Of a stretch of DNA of 64,000 nucleotides, positions 38,421-50,733 are shown one piece after another (the stretch's first letter is position 1; every line of letters starts with the position of its first letter). The notes under the pieces are model-generated. The model made no database searches and was not told the DNA's origin. It saw nothing but the letters and a program-made list of their open reading frames with translations. Source of the DNA: the human T2T-CHM13v2.0 reference genome, Homo sapiens; assembly GCF_009914755.1 (NCBI RefSeq), contig NC_060930.1. One strand, written 5' to 3'. The translations under genes were made by a program, and so were the position numbers.

Positions 38421-40167
38421 GACCTGAATTAAAGCCATGACCAAGCAGAGCCATCACCTTCAAAGTGGAACTGGTGGGATTTTTGTAACCAATGAGATGT
38501 TTCAGACCTGCGGTAGATCCAGTCTCAGAGAGGGACCACAGAAGGGAAAACAGGTTTAGGGGCCTACATTGGACCATTATTGTATTTTAGATGCCCAGAA
38601 AACATATAAACCCACCTCTATATCATCTTCTTCCTTTCTAACTTCTGCACATTTGAAAAGCCTATTTTTAGACAATAAAAAGCCTAATATTGGGGTTTTT
38701 TTAATTAAAGGTCTCTTTAAGAAAATAAAATGGATTTGTGTTTTCCCCCAGAGTAAAAATCAGGCACCAAAAAATGCTCCTTAAAAAACTACAGTTTCCT
38801 CAAATAATACCTACTCTAAATGCTGTAAAAGATATTATCCAATCAGAGACCAGTTAATCAAATTTTTATCAATAGAAAGTAACTGTATATGTCATACTCG
38901 GATATCAGAGTTCAAAGAATGGGAATGCAAAAGATATACTTAATAGCAAAACCAATTACAACTCTATCTTCCAGGATTCAAAGACTCTTACCATGGATGT
39001 GCTTTTATGCACCTCGCTCAAAACTGCATTTATGTGTGGAACTGCACTTGCCTTTGCTGGATGCTAAGTGGACCATCCTGCTTTGTGTAATGGCCTGCAC
39101 TTAGTTTGAACAGAGGAATCTCAGGGGATGACAGCATCTTTAAAAGGACAGGGAACAGTGAGCCAAGTTTGCATTCCCCCTTGGCAACATAGGGCCAGAC
39201 TCATAGGAATTTGGTCAAGACAGAAAGTGAAGTTTAACTGATATTTGACATGGTGTAGTTGAGAAGGCCAGGGTTGCTGCAGTGTATGTCAACAAGCCCA
39301 ATGAGAAAAACAGACGGTGCAAGGAGTATTTCCAAGACTCACACATTGGCAGGCTGACAGACGCTAACACATGTGGGTAGCAATAGCCAATCCAAAGTTT
39401 TCTTGCATAATTAATATATTTGGTAGTCTTGAGAAAAAACTTTTTCCATGAGGAACTTGCTTTGAAGGCAGACCTTCACTGCCAGGTCTCCTGAGAGACT
39501 CGTTTTTTCTAGCTCTCACTATCACTATCTCTGACTCATCTCTCAAGTTTAAGGGAAAACATTCTTAGATGAGGAGGGGGAAGTGGGGGTTGCAACAAAA
39601 TATTTGAGTGTCTCCAAATGTCTCCTATAATTAGAGCATCACATGACTTTGCTAAAGCTCAGATTTGAAAACCCTAGCTCTGGGCTTCATCCTGGAGAGG
39701 AAGAGAATAGGTAAGTTGTAGGGGCAGCCTGCCGCTGAGAGAAAGTACTTCAAATGACCCATCAGTGGTCCCTGAGGTCAGGAAACATTGTTATCCTTGA
39801 GACAAAGTAGTAATTTACCCTTGAGAGGAGCAGAGAAAAAGTTGTGGGCAATGTAGAGTGAGGAGTGAGTTTCCTCACTCAATGTAGAGTGAGTGAGATG
39901 AGAAGGGAAAGATTATCTCAACACTTTAGAAAATGACTAGAAAATACCAAACAAGCTTAGGTGGCCTTCCTAAGCCCCTTCAAAAATAACTCCCACTAAA
40001 TTGGCTAACAATGGAAACAAATAATGTCCAAAAGAACAAGCTTTTATTGATTTGGACTCTTGGGTGAAAAGCATTTGGGGGAAACAAATCGACTCTAATC
40101 CTGCAGTGATAAAATATCATAATCTTTGACTTTTTGCAATTCATCATTTTTTCTTTTCATTTTTAAA

Positions 40168-40410
40168 TTATTTATTTAATTATTTAGAGACAGAGTCTTG
40201 CTCTGTCACCCAGGCTAGAACTCAGTGGCACAATCATACCTCACCACTTACCACCATGCCTGGCTACTTTGTTATTGTTGCTGTTGTTGTTGTTGAGATA
40301 GGGTCTTGTTATGTTGCCCATGCTGGTCTCAAACTCCTGGCCTCAAGCAATCTTCCTACCTTAGCCTCCCAAAATGCTAAGATTACAGACATGAGCCACC
40401 GCACCTGGCC
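40168..40410 (-). mobile_element. AluJ-like element with an internal deletion
   Basis: Antisense Alu jumps from ggcacaatcatacctcac to ccaccatgcctggcta, missing most of the right-arm middle; (gtt)n linker; tcaaactcctggcctcaagcaatc is AluJ-type. Confidence 0.88.
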
Positions 40411-42169
40411 AATTATTTTAATCTTTCAAATTCTAACGCCTCAACACCTCAATATTAAGTTGATCAAAGCTTAAGATGGGTGGGATGCTAATTATTTTCT
40501 CTAGTTTGTTAAATATAACCCACACTTCTAACCCACAATCCTAACAGAGAATTCTACTTCATACCACTGAGCAGTAGGATGTTCCTGGGATGCTGGTTCA
40601 ATTTGCCAGTATCCTCAGCTGAGAATGAGTCTCTTCACCAAAGGTCAGAGAGAATTCAAGCAGTCTCTGCCAGGTGAAATGACAGAAGACTGGCTAAGAA
40701 CAATGCAATATGCCTTGGTGCTGGCAATGCAGCCTGCCTCTGCCTCTGGAGACCCCATCACCAGGGTTGATGCAACTTCAACATTGGATAAATTATATAG
40801 AAGAAAAATAAATAGCTTCTCCTTTGGGTCTGAGATTTTCAGATTTTTCCTGTAAAAACATTTTACTGTTCTATAAACAGTCTCCTATGGCCCTGGTTTT
40901 ATTTTAATTACATATATCCATCTTTATTTTTTTCTTCTACCAAACCTGGGCAGTACACTATTGCACATTTAAAAGAAACCACATTCTTGGAATGAAATAC
41001 CCTGAAATAGCATCTCCATGTTTCTTTGGACTGATATTCACAGCTTCCACATACATGAGTTTAGAATTTCTCTTGGCCATTGGGCAGCTTTGAGGAGGTT
41101 GGGAGGAGAGCCCATCTTTCTTCTGCAGGTCTCATAGGTTTTTGACCTACTTATTGCCCTTGAGTGAGACCAGGTGCCAGGAAAATTTTCTTGGAGTTCT
41201 GATCTACTTCCCGTCAAAACACAAAAGATTCTTATATTACATTTGTAAGTCATAAGAAGATTCATATTGGAGGCCAAGATTCCAATTATGAAATGAAAAG
41301 CTCTGTCCTCTCGAATTTGATTTTATATATGAAAACTTTACATATACACATATATAAGCACACACATACATATATGTAAGGATGTAATGATTTTAACATA
41401 ACTCCTCAGAGGCAACTATAAGAAATGTTTGATGAATGTATTATTCTTATGTAATCAGAAGATTCTCTTAGTGTAACAGCTACTGAATGGAGTAGTAATT
41501 GTACAGAAAAGCCTTTCAGTGACAGACCCTTAGTGGGGCAAAATCCTGGAGAACACATCACAGAGGGTTGCAGCAGTCAACTATGAGGACCCCTATGAAA
41601 CACAGCACCAGTGGCATAGGTTAGAGTAAACTTTTACATTCTCAAATGACTTTGGAAGAATGTACAACTTTGAGCTGTGATATTGTTGTACTTCTGGAAA
41701 GATGCCACTTCTAAGTGATAGCCATGGCCCTCCCACAGGAGACAGCCTGTGTCTCCCAGACCACCACAATTATGCCTCGCCTCTCCTGGACTCTGCCCAT
41801 AGCATAGGTCAAGATGCCACTACCCACTTACAGCACTCTCTCCTTTAGTGTCCCAAGGGAATGTTCAATACTGCATATGTGAATTTTGGTGAAATGCACT
41901 AGAAAAAAAAAAGCAGCATGATTCAGAAATAGTGAAGCAATAAAGCCCAATGTATAGTCAGTATTTTTCAGGGGTTCCATATATATGAATATTTCAGAGA
42001 ATAATTAATTTATTTAAGTATCAAAATGCTTTTAAACATGATGAATTTGGTGAAATGGAATCTAAAGTGCTATTACACTCTTTATTGCTTTCTCAATTCC
42101 TAAGCTTAACTTTACCATTATTAATAAATTGGCATTATTATTTTCTATGGTTAAGAACACAATCTAGAG

Positions 42170-42610
42170 CCGTGTTCATTTCCTACTAATCTCTTTGCCC
42201 TATCCTTACTCCAGTTCAGCCAAAATGAACCATTCCACAGTCCCCTTTACATTCCTCACTCTTGGCATTTGCAGCCCTTATTCAGGCATATTTGTTGATT
42301 GAATCTCTCTGGTTCTCATTTCCACAAACCAAGCTCTTCCCGTCTTTCCTGGACCAGCTGCTTTAGGAGGACTCCTATGAATCCCTTCTCTATTCAGCCT
42401 CTGAAAATAATATTTCCCTAAATAGATGCTATCTTTTAAATTTTTCATATTGACATTTATCACTTATTGTTACTTACTAATGTGAGTATAAGTTGTTTAG
42501 TGCTGTAGCTATATTTTATATACTCTAACTTACCCAATTGTGCCTTAAAACAGTGTCTGGAAAAAATAGATAATTTTATAAAAATACGTTTAACACATTT
42601 GTAGAATGAA
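42170..42610 (+). mobile_element. L2 3' end fragment
   Basis: actccagttcagcca...tttgcagcccttattc ... gtgccttaaaacagtgtctgg...tttgtagaatgaat. Confidence 0.55.
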
Positions 42611-44129
42611 TTTATACTTAGGGTTCTGGCTAGCCAAAACTGAAATTTGACACAGCTGGCAGGTGAACCTAAGTGAACCTCACCCTACTCCTAGCCCAAA
42701 CTCCTTCATATCTATTCTACAATCGTTAACCTAACTAAGGGTTAAAAGTCTCCTTGAAAAAAATACTCAAACCATGTCCACAATTGGAATTTATGCCTTA
42801 CTTCTGGTGCATGAAATGAATAGTAGATGAATAAACTAAGTTGGGTGAGAAATCAGGCCTAATCTGCCTTAATTCTGGTGCATTTTCATAGAGCACATCA
42901 CTTTATCTTAGAGTATCCTTTACTCCTCAGCCTCAGGAGTAAGGACATAGGTGATTGCAAAGATCAGCAGGGAGCTGAATTCTGGAGCCTAGGAGAGATG
43001 ATGGCCACTGTGCCCGCTCAGCTCTCAGCTGCAACAGCATCCTTACTCCTCAGGCTTCAGCTCAGGGGGAGATTAAAAAAAAATTGTGGAAAAGGATTCT
43101 CAGCATGGTAAAGACAAGGACAGAAATGCTGGAGCATCTCAGGCTCATTGCATTCCTAGACTGGCACAGGGAACTAGAAATGATCCACACAGATCATGAA
43201 CTCACAGAGGACACCTCGCAGTGTGTCCTGGAAACAGGAATGGGATTCTCACGGGAATAGAGTTCCTACATGAAAAAAAAAATGGCTGCCATTAGCTAGT
43301 AAATTTGGTTTTATTGTTTAATCTGTCATCATTTTGTCTGAGACTAGATGTGGAACCATTTGGAAAATGAATGAATGAATAATCACACTTAGTAAAACTG
43401 AATTCTTAGAAAATAGGTTTTTTCCCATAGTAGATGTTAAATATTTTAGTAAAGTTTAACAGAAAGATATTTAAAATTAGAGAACATCAGAACCAGGGAG
43501 CTTAGTAAGTAACCAATCTAAACCCCTTGCTTTGCTGGTGAGAGAACTTTCCAGTCCTATGGCTAGTTGTCAACCAATGGCATCAAGATCGGTAACAAGA
43601 CCTGCTGACTCCCAGTAGTGTAGCTTTCTCTGTATGTACCAGAACAGACATTCTCTAAAGCATGATGTGAAAATCAGTTTCCCTTGGAGTCAAACTGGAG
43701 CCATGAGATACATGCATACTGAAGGGAATCAGGTTTGAGCCCCAGTGGCCAATTCAAGCCAATCAGCCTTAACGGCTCCTACAAACGGACAAGTCAAGTA
43801 TTTTCCATTCCCAGTAAAAGAAAGTTAGAACTACATAGTATCTCAAAACATTTGATCTTTTCTTTAATAGAAGCCACAGCAAAAAGCATGCTGCCCTTAA
43901 ATCATCACAACTCAGAGAAAAATGAATTTGAATTGCATGGACTTTGAGAGGCTTTTATTTCTAGGATTTTTTTTTTTAATTAAGGGGAAAAAGAAAAAAC
44001 AGAAAAGGAAATCTGTGGATAGCAATAGCAAAAGGATAAATTTATCTGGAAATTTTCACTTGGCAACTGAAATTCTGCTTGGAAATCAGAATTTTTTTTA
44101 ATTACAAAGGAAATTTAGTTGTAGTGACA

Positions 44130-45400
44130 GTCTTTCATACATCCAATAAATATGTATTAAGGGCCAACATCCTTCCAGGAACTGTGCTAGAGATGGAAAA
44201 AATCGCAAGAACCTAATGGAGCTAAGCCCAGGCATATGGAGGCGGACAGCATGGAGGGCTTCTCGTTGCTGAGTCTTTAGGGACAACAGTTGTTAACTAC
44301 ATGAAGCCTGAGTTGAAGGGTATTGCAGACAGAGGCAAAAGAGAGCACATTGTTCCAGGAACGGAAAGAAGCCCAGTGAGCCTGGAATGCTGAGCGTGGG
44401 AAAGAGGTGGGGTGACAAAGGAGGCTGGAGGGTAGAGGAAAGACCACCTTGGGAATTTGAGCTGGGTCCAAGGGTAAAGACCTATCAGAACTATCAAGAA
44501 ATTCTTATATGATCTGATTCGTATTTTCAAAATAATCAACATTAAATGGCTTTTAGTCTAAGCACATAAGATGCTCGGTTAAACTTAGAGATACTGTTTT
44601 TCACCTATCAGATTGGCAAAAAGAAAAAAGTTTGAGAGGGGTGAAGAAACAGGCATTTTCACACATTTCTGGCAGGAGTAATATCAATTTGGTAATATAT
44701 ATTAAAATTAAAAACACACATACCTTTCACCTAGCAGTCCCAGTTCTCGAGCTCTGTCTTGCAGTTATGTTCACACTCACGTAGACTGACATATGTACAA
44801 CTTTATTCATTTCAGCATTGTTTCTAGTAGCAAACTACCGGAAACATTAAATACCCACTAAAAGCAGGTTGGCTACATTGTCAGCACAATATGATACACT
44901 TGCACTTAAAAAACAAAAAAGAACTTCCATAAATGGAAAGGTCACCAAGATACAACACATATTTTTAAAGTACAAAACAATGTGTACAGCATGGTATCTT
45001 TATGTAAAAGGGGAAGACATATTAATATATTTTATTGGATATGTATATAACATTTATGGGATAACACACACACACGAAATCCTCACCATCATTGTCTGTG
45101 TGGAGAGAAACTGAGTGGCTAGGAGATAGGGGTGCAGGGATCCTTTCTGGTGGATGCCATCTTTTACGATCTTTGCCCAAAGTGTTTCTAGGAGTGATGT
45201 AAGCAAAGCCAAGGCAGAGTGGGTTGAGGACTGGACTGATTAGGAAGTGATGGCCATGAGACCACTTTCAGGAAGTCTGGTTGTGGAAAGGGACAGCAAT
45301 AGGGCAGGGCTTAGGGTGAGCTGAAGGAACAATGTCAGACTGAGAAAAGTCTCTTTTTGACTGAGAAACAGACACAAAATTATTTATAAATACAGACATA
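44130..45400. mobile_element. Antisense L2 interrupted by a sense L1ME-like fragment (about 44570-45170)
   Basis: catacatccaataaatatgtattaagggccaac (antisense L2 tail); agatactgtttttcacctatcagattggcaaaa and catacctttcacctagcagtcccagttct (old L1 ORF2 end). Confidence 0.6.
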
Positions 45401-45739
45401 GAGAGAAACAAACGTGAACGATATAGGATAAAGAAGGCAATATTGAAATAAAGAAAGGGAGGAAATGGAAATACTACGAACTTCCAAACAAGCGCAAGTC
45501 CAAGGATTATAGCTTTCCTTTTTTCTTTCCTTTTTATCTGCCCTCAATTGGCTTTAGAATCATGGTTTGTACCAAGCAGGACTCACGAAATGTTTTTTTA
45601 CCCTTTCATATCATGCTGCCTGAGCTCATGCTTTGGGGTAACTTCCTTCATTTGTTACCATATGGCACATCCAAAAAGATATGCTATAGCAGACACTGCA
45701 TGCCTGAATCAAAGCAAGATCCAAGTGGCATACACTTAC

Positions 45740-45788
45740 CTGGATAGTGTATGCAATAATTCTACAAGCCCTACAGCCCTCACTGTCC
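45740..45788 (-). other. Candidate 49-nt internal exon of an unknown transcript
   Basis: Minus strand: branch-like CTGAC, pyrimidine tract attctctgcccctctAG|, 49 nt, perfect donor CAG|GTAAGT. No transcript evidence. Confidence 0.35.
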
Positions 45789-45880
45789 CTAGAGGGGCAG
45801 AGAATGTCAGTCCTCCCTGTTCCTCCTTGGCCTCTTCGGACTGCCCAGTCTTGAGTCTCTGGCTGCTGGTGAATCCTCCA

Positions 45881-46003
45881 CCAAGGGCAGTGCTTCCAGC
45901 ACGACCAGACCCCCACTCAGTATGCAGGACTATACAGTATACAAGACTATACAGTATACAGGACTGAGTGTGGGTCTGGACCTGCTGGAAGCATAGCCCT
46001 TGG
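45881..46003. repeat. 41-bp inverted repeat enclosing a 17-bp tandem repeat
   Basis: Arms 45881-45921 and 45963-46003 are reverse complements at 36/41 positions without gaps; unit cagtatacaggactata about 2.8 copies at 45918-45965. Confidence 0.95.
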
Positions 46004-46138
46004 CAGGACACAGCCCCACTGTCTAAGTTTCCAGTGCTTTCTATGCCCCAGCATAGAAATTCCTAAGTTTTCAGTGTTTTCTATGCCCCACCATTCCAAC
46101 CCTCTTTCTGGCATTTTCTAAGTGAAAAATTTGTCTCA

Positions 46139-46155
46139 CACTCCCCCTAGTGACA
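46139..46155 (-). promoter_or_regulatory. Candidate CTCF motif
   Basis: Minus strand tgtcactagggggagtg resembles the CTCF core CCAC(C/T)AG(G/A)(G/T)GGC(G/A) with two deviations. Confidence 0.35.
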
Positions 46156-46992
46156 GCCTCAGGAAACCTTTTCATGGCCTAAAGCACAGCTCATTGACAG
46201 CAAAAAGAGCCAGCCCTGAATGCTGCTGATTGTAGGAATGGGCACCTCATTTCCCCACTCCCCACCTGACACATATGCTGCTGCTGTTTTCCGTGATTAG
46301 AAAGAAATATTCGGCAAACCCAATATCTAGAAATTAACAGACTGAAGGGAATGAGTGTCTGTCACAGAGTAAACAAGCTCTTCCTTGTTTTGTGAGAAGA
46401 AAAGTGTTAGAAGCAGGAAGACTGTATACATAAAAAAGGAGAAAGGGGGAATGTGGAATATGATAGATCTGTCCCAGTCTGCACTAGTGATCCCAAAGTC
46501 AAGGCAGTGAAATCACAGCCACACTTAGAGGCTCAACTTGAGAAGACAGACATCTCAAGGTTTAGTGAACTAAGACAGGGAGGAAATGGAAAAATTTCCT
46601 GTGGAAATTTCCTCCCTTTCTTAATCTGCAATACCCTTCATCCCAGTACCTGTGGAACAGGCGGCTGAAGGATGCCATGATGGCAGCCAGTAAATGTTTG
46701 AAGGGCTGAAATGTGGAAGATTAAACTTCCTTTGTTTAGAGCAACTCCAAATCAGTGGTTCTGAACCATCTGAGGGTCAGTTTGCGAATTGATGAATCTA
46801 TGGCCTTTCTCTGTAGAAAAATGTAATTTCTTATTACATGGAGAGTCACAGAAAAAAAAAAAACATTAATGGCCAATAAACACAAAAAGAGATGCTCAAT
46901 TTCCCTTAGAAATTCAGGCCAAAGTAACAGGGATCTACCATTTTCTAATCTGTCAATTTGGAAAAGATTCAAAAATTTAACAATACAAAGTA

Positions 46993-47412
46993 CACTTGAC
47001 CCTTGAACAACATGGGTTTAAACTGTGCAGTTGCACTTATATGTGAATTTTCTTCTGCCTCTGCCACCCCTAAAATGGCAGGACCAACCCCTCCTCTTCC
47101 TCAGCCTACTCACCATGAAGATGATGAGGATGAAGGCCTTTATGATGATCTACTTCTTAATGAATTGTTACTAAATTTCTACTTATGATTTTCTTAATAA
47201 CATTTTCTTTACTCTGGCTTACCTTACTGTAAGAATATAGTATATAGTACATATAATATACAAAATTTGTGTTAATTGATTATGTTATCAGTAAGGCTTC
47301 CGGTCAACAGTAGTCTATTAGTAAAATTTTGGGGGAGTCAAAAGTTACAGGTGGATTTTCAACCGCATGTGGGTCAGCACCCCTAATCTCTGCATTGTTC
47401 AAGGACCAACTC
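46993..47412 (+). mobile_element. Tigger2a (MER28-like) DNA transposon, inside an old L1 fragment
   Basis: TIRs cacttgacccttgaacaa / ttgttcaaggaccaactc, TA on both sides, internal gaagatgatgaggatgaaggcctttatgatgatc. Confidence 0.9.
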
Positions 47413-47609
47413 TATTGTTACGAGTGTGGAAAAACAGGTACACTTATGCTATTGATGCATTATAAACCAGTGCCATCTTTTCAGAGAATGCTCCATACGT
47501 TAAGATCTCCCCCATGCCATAGCTTTAGTTCACCTCTAGGCCTATGGTTTTCCAATGTAAATCAGCCATTTAGCTCAGATCCATTTTTAATATTTAAACA
47601 TAAATAATC

Positions 47610-48440
47610 AACTGTCAGCTTGACATCTTTACCTGACTGTCTCAAAAATTCTTGAAATCCATCCATGTTCAAGACAGAACTCAAAACTCTCACAAAGTTG
47701 GTCTCCTGATAGCATTCCATGGTGGTATGTAGCAACTCCATCCATCTAGTTGCTGTAGTTGGAAATCTCAGCAACTTGTGGGCATTTCCCTCTAACTACT
47801 TCTCCCCACTTCCCATGTCACTACACCATTTAAGCAATCACTTCTCATCTGGGTGACTGTAATAATTTCCTAGCTTGTGTCCTAACACTCACTCTGCTCC
47901 TCTGATGGCTATCGTCATTGCAGTCAGAGTGACCTTTTCAAAACTCAAATCTAAGTTTACCAATCCGTATGCTTAAAGTCCTGCCATTGCTTTTAAGATA
48001 AAGACAAAAATCCTAAACACAATCTGCCAACCCTACACAGACTCATTTCTAACTACCTTTCCAGCCTCCTCTACCTGCTTCTTTCCTTCATTCTCACACT
48101 GTAGCACTCTAGCTTCTTTCTCTTCCTTTGAAGTTTTTTTTTTCTTTTTCCTGCTACAGGGCCTTTTTATATGTTTCTTTTGTCTAAAGTGATCTCCCTC
48201 TCTTCATCTAGTTAAGACTTATTCAGGACATAATCTCAGTTCCCTGGAGAAGGCTCCTGTCTCCCCAGTTCAGCTCTATGTTCTTTTCTTACTTGTATAT
48301 GAAATCATGGGACGATGTCTTTTTCTTCATGGCACTTACAGCAATTTGTAATGATGCCTAATCTATGTGACTATTTTAGTTCTATCTTTTCTATTACCAA
48401 ACCATAATCTTCATGTCAGCAGAGACTTTCTATTTTCCAG
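47610..48440 (+). mobile_element. L2 LINE 3' fragment
   Basis: catgttcaagacagaactc; ccatccatctagttgct; gcagtcagagtgaccttttcaaaactcaaatct; cattgcttttaagataaagacaaaaatcctaaac. Confidence 0.75.
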
Positions 48441-48699
48441 TATATGCTACTTATCTTGAAATAGTGAGAGATGGGCCCTGTGTATGTATGTGTTTGCTTG
48501 CATGTGTGTGTGTGCCAGAAAATACCCAAAAGTGTTAACAGTGGTTATCTCTAGGTGATGCACGTTAAACTTTTTATTTTTTCTGCATTTTGTATATGTT
48601 ATGCAATAGGTCTGCATTTATTTATAACCAGACAAAATCAATAATAATTGTACTGTTAAAAGCCTTCATTAACTGAATTTCAGAGGAAATGCCTACCAG

Positions 48700-50010
<1,311 letters not shown>

Positions 50011-50089
50011 TTTTAAAAGTTAAAGTAATTTGAGAGTCTATGAATGCTGTCTTTGAGTCCAGCAATGCCTCTAAAAGATTGTATAATGA

Positions 50090-50138
50090 AGCACTTGGTG
50101 AAGTCTAGCTCCTTTCAGAATTGACTTCACCAAGTGCT
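50090..50138. repeat. Perfect 16-bp inverted repeat with a 17-nt spacer
   Basis: agcacttggtgaagtc (50090-50105) and gacttcaccaagtgct (50123-50138). Confidence 0.95.
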
Positions 50139-50387
50139 AACATTAATGCGCTAGCTTTTACCAAATATTGCTTTGAAAAACCATAAAAAATATTTTCTTG
50201 TTTACTGTAAAACTTGTTGAGGACATCATTAATGACATGAATCATCATTCACTGTATAGGGGTCCTTGAGTGAATCTCTTCATGTCAGTGCTAAAATGAA
50301 GCTTGCTTCTGCTCAAGAATTGTTTTGCTCTCTCCTTGGTTATGTTCACCTTTTTCACCAAGAGTGAAACTTGAAGCCCTACCCCAG

Positions 50388-50733
50388 TGTATTAGTCTGT
50401 TCTCACACTGCTGGTAAAGACAACCTGGGACTGGGTGATTTATAAAGAAAAAGAGTTTAATGGACTTACAGTGCCACGTGGCTGGGGAGGCCTCACAATC
50501 ATGGTGGAAGGCAAAAGGCATATCTTACATGGCGGCAGGCGAGAGAGAATCAGAGAGCCAATCGAAAAAGGAAACCCCTTATAAAAACCATCACATCTCA
50601 TGAGACTTATTCACTACCATAACAGTATGGGGGAAACTGCCCCCATGATTCAATTATCTCACACTGGGTCCCACCCATAACATGTGGGAATTACGGGATG
50701 AGATTTGGGTGGGGACACAGCCAAACCATATCA
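50388..50733 (-). mobile_element. THE1B-like solo LTR
   Basis: tgtattagtc...gatttgggtggggacacagccaaaccatatca; 5-bp TSD cccag on both sides. Confidence 0.93.

Noticed and set aside
41320-41380. Self-complementary TA/CA-rich stretch
   Set aside because: Low-complexity dinucleotide sequence explains the symmetry.
47003-47188. Acidic ORF (HHEDDEDEGLYDD) as a gene fragment
   Set aside because: It is internal sequence of the Tigger2a element.
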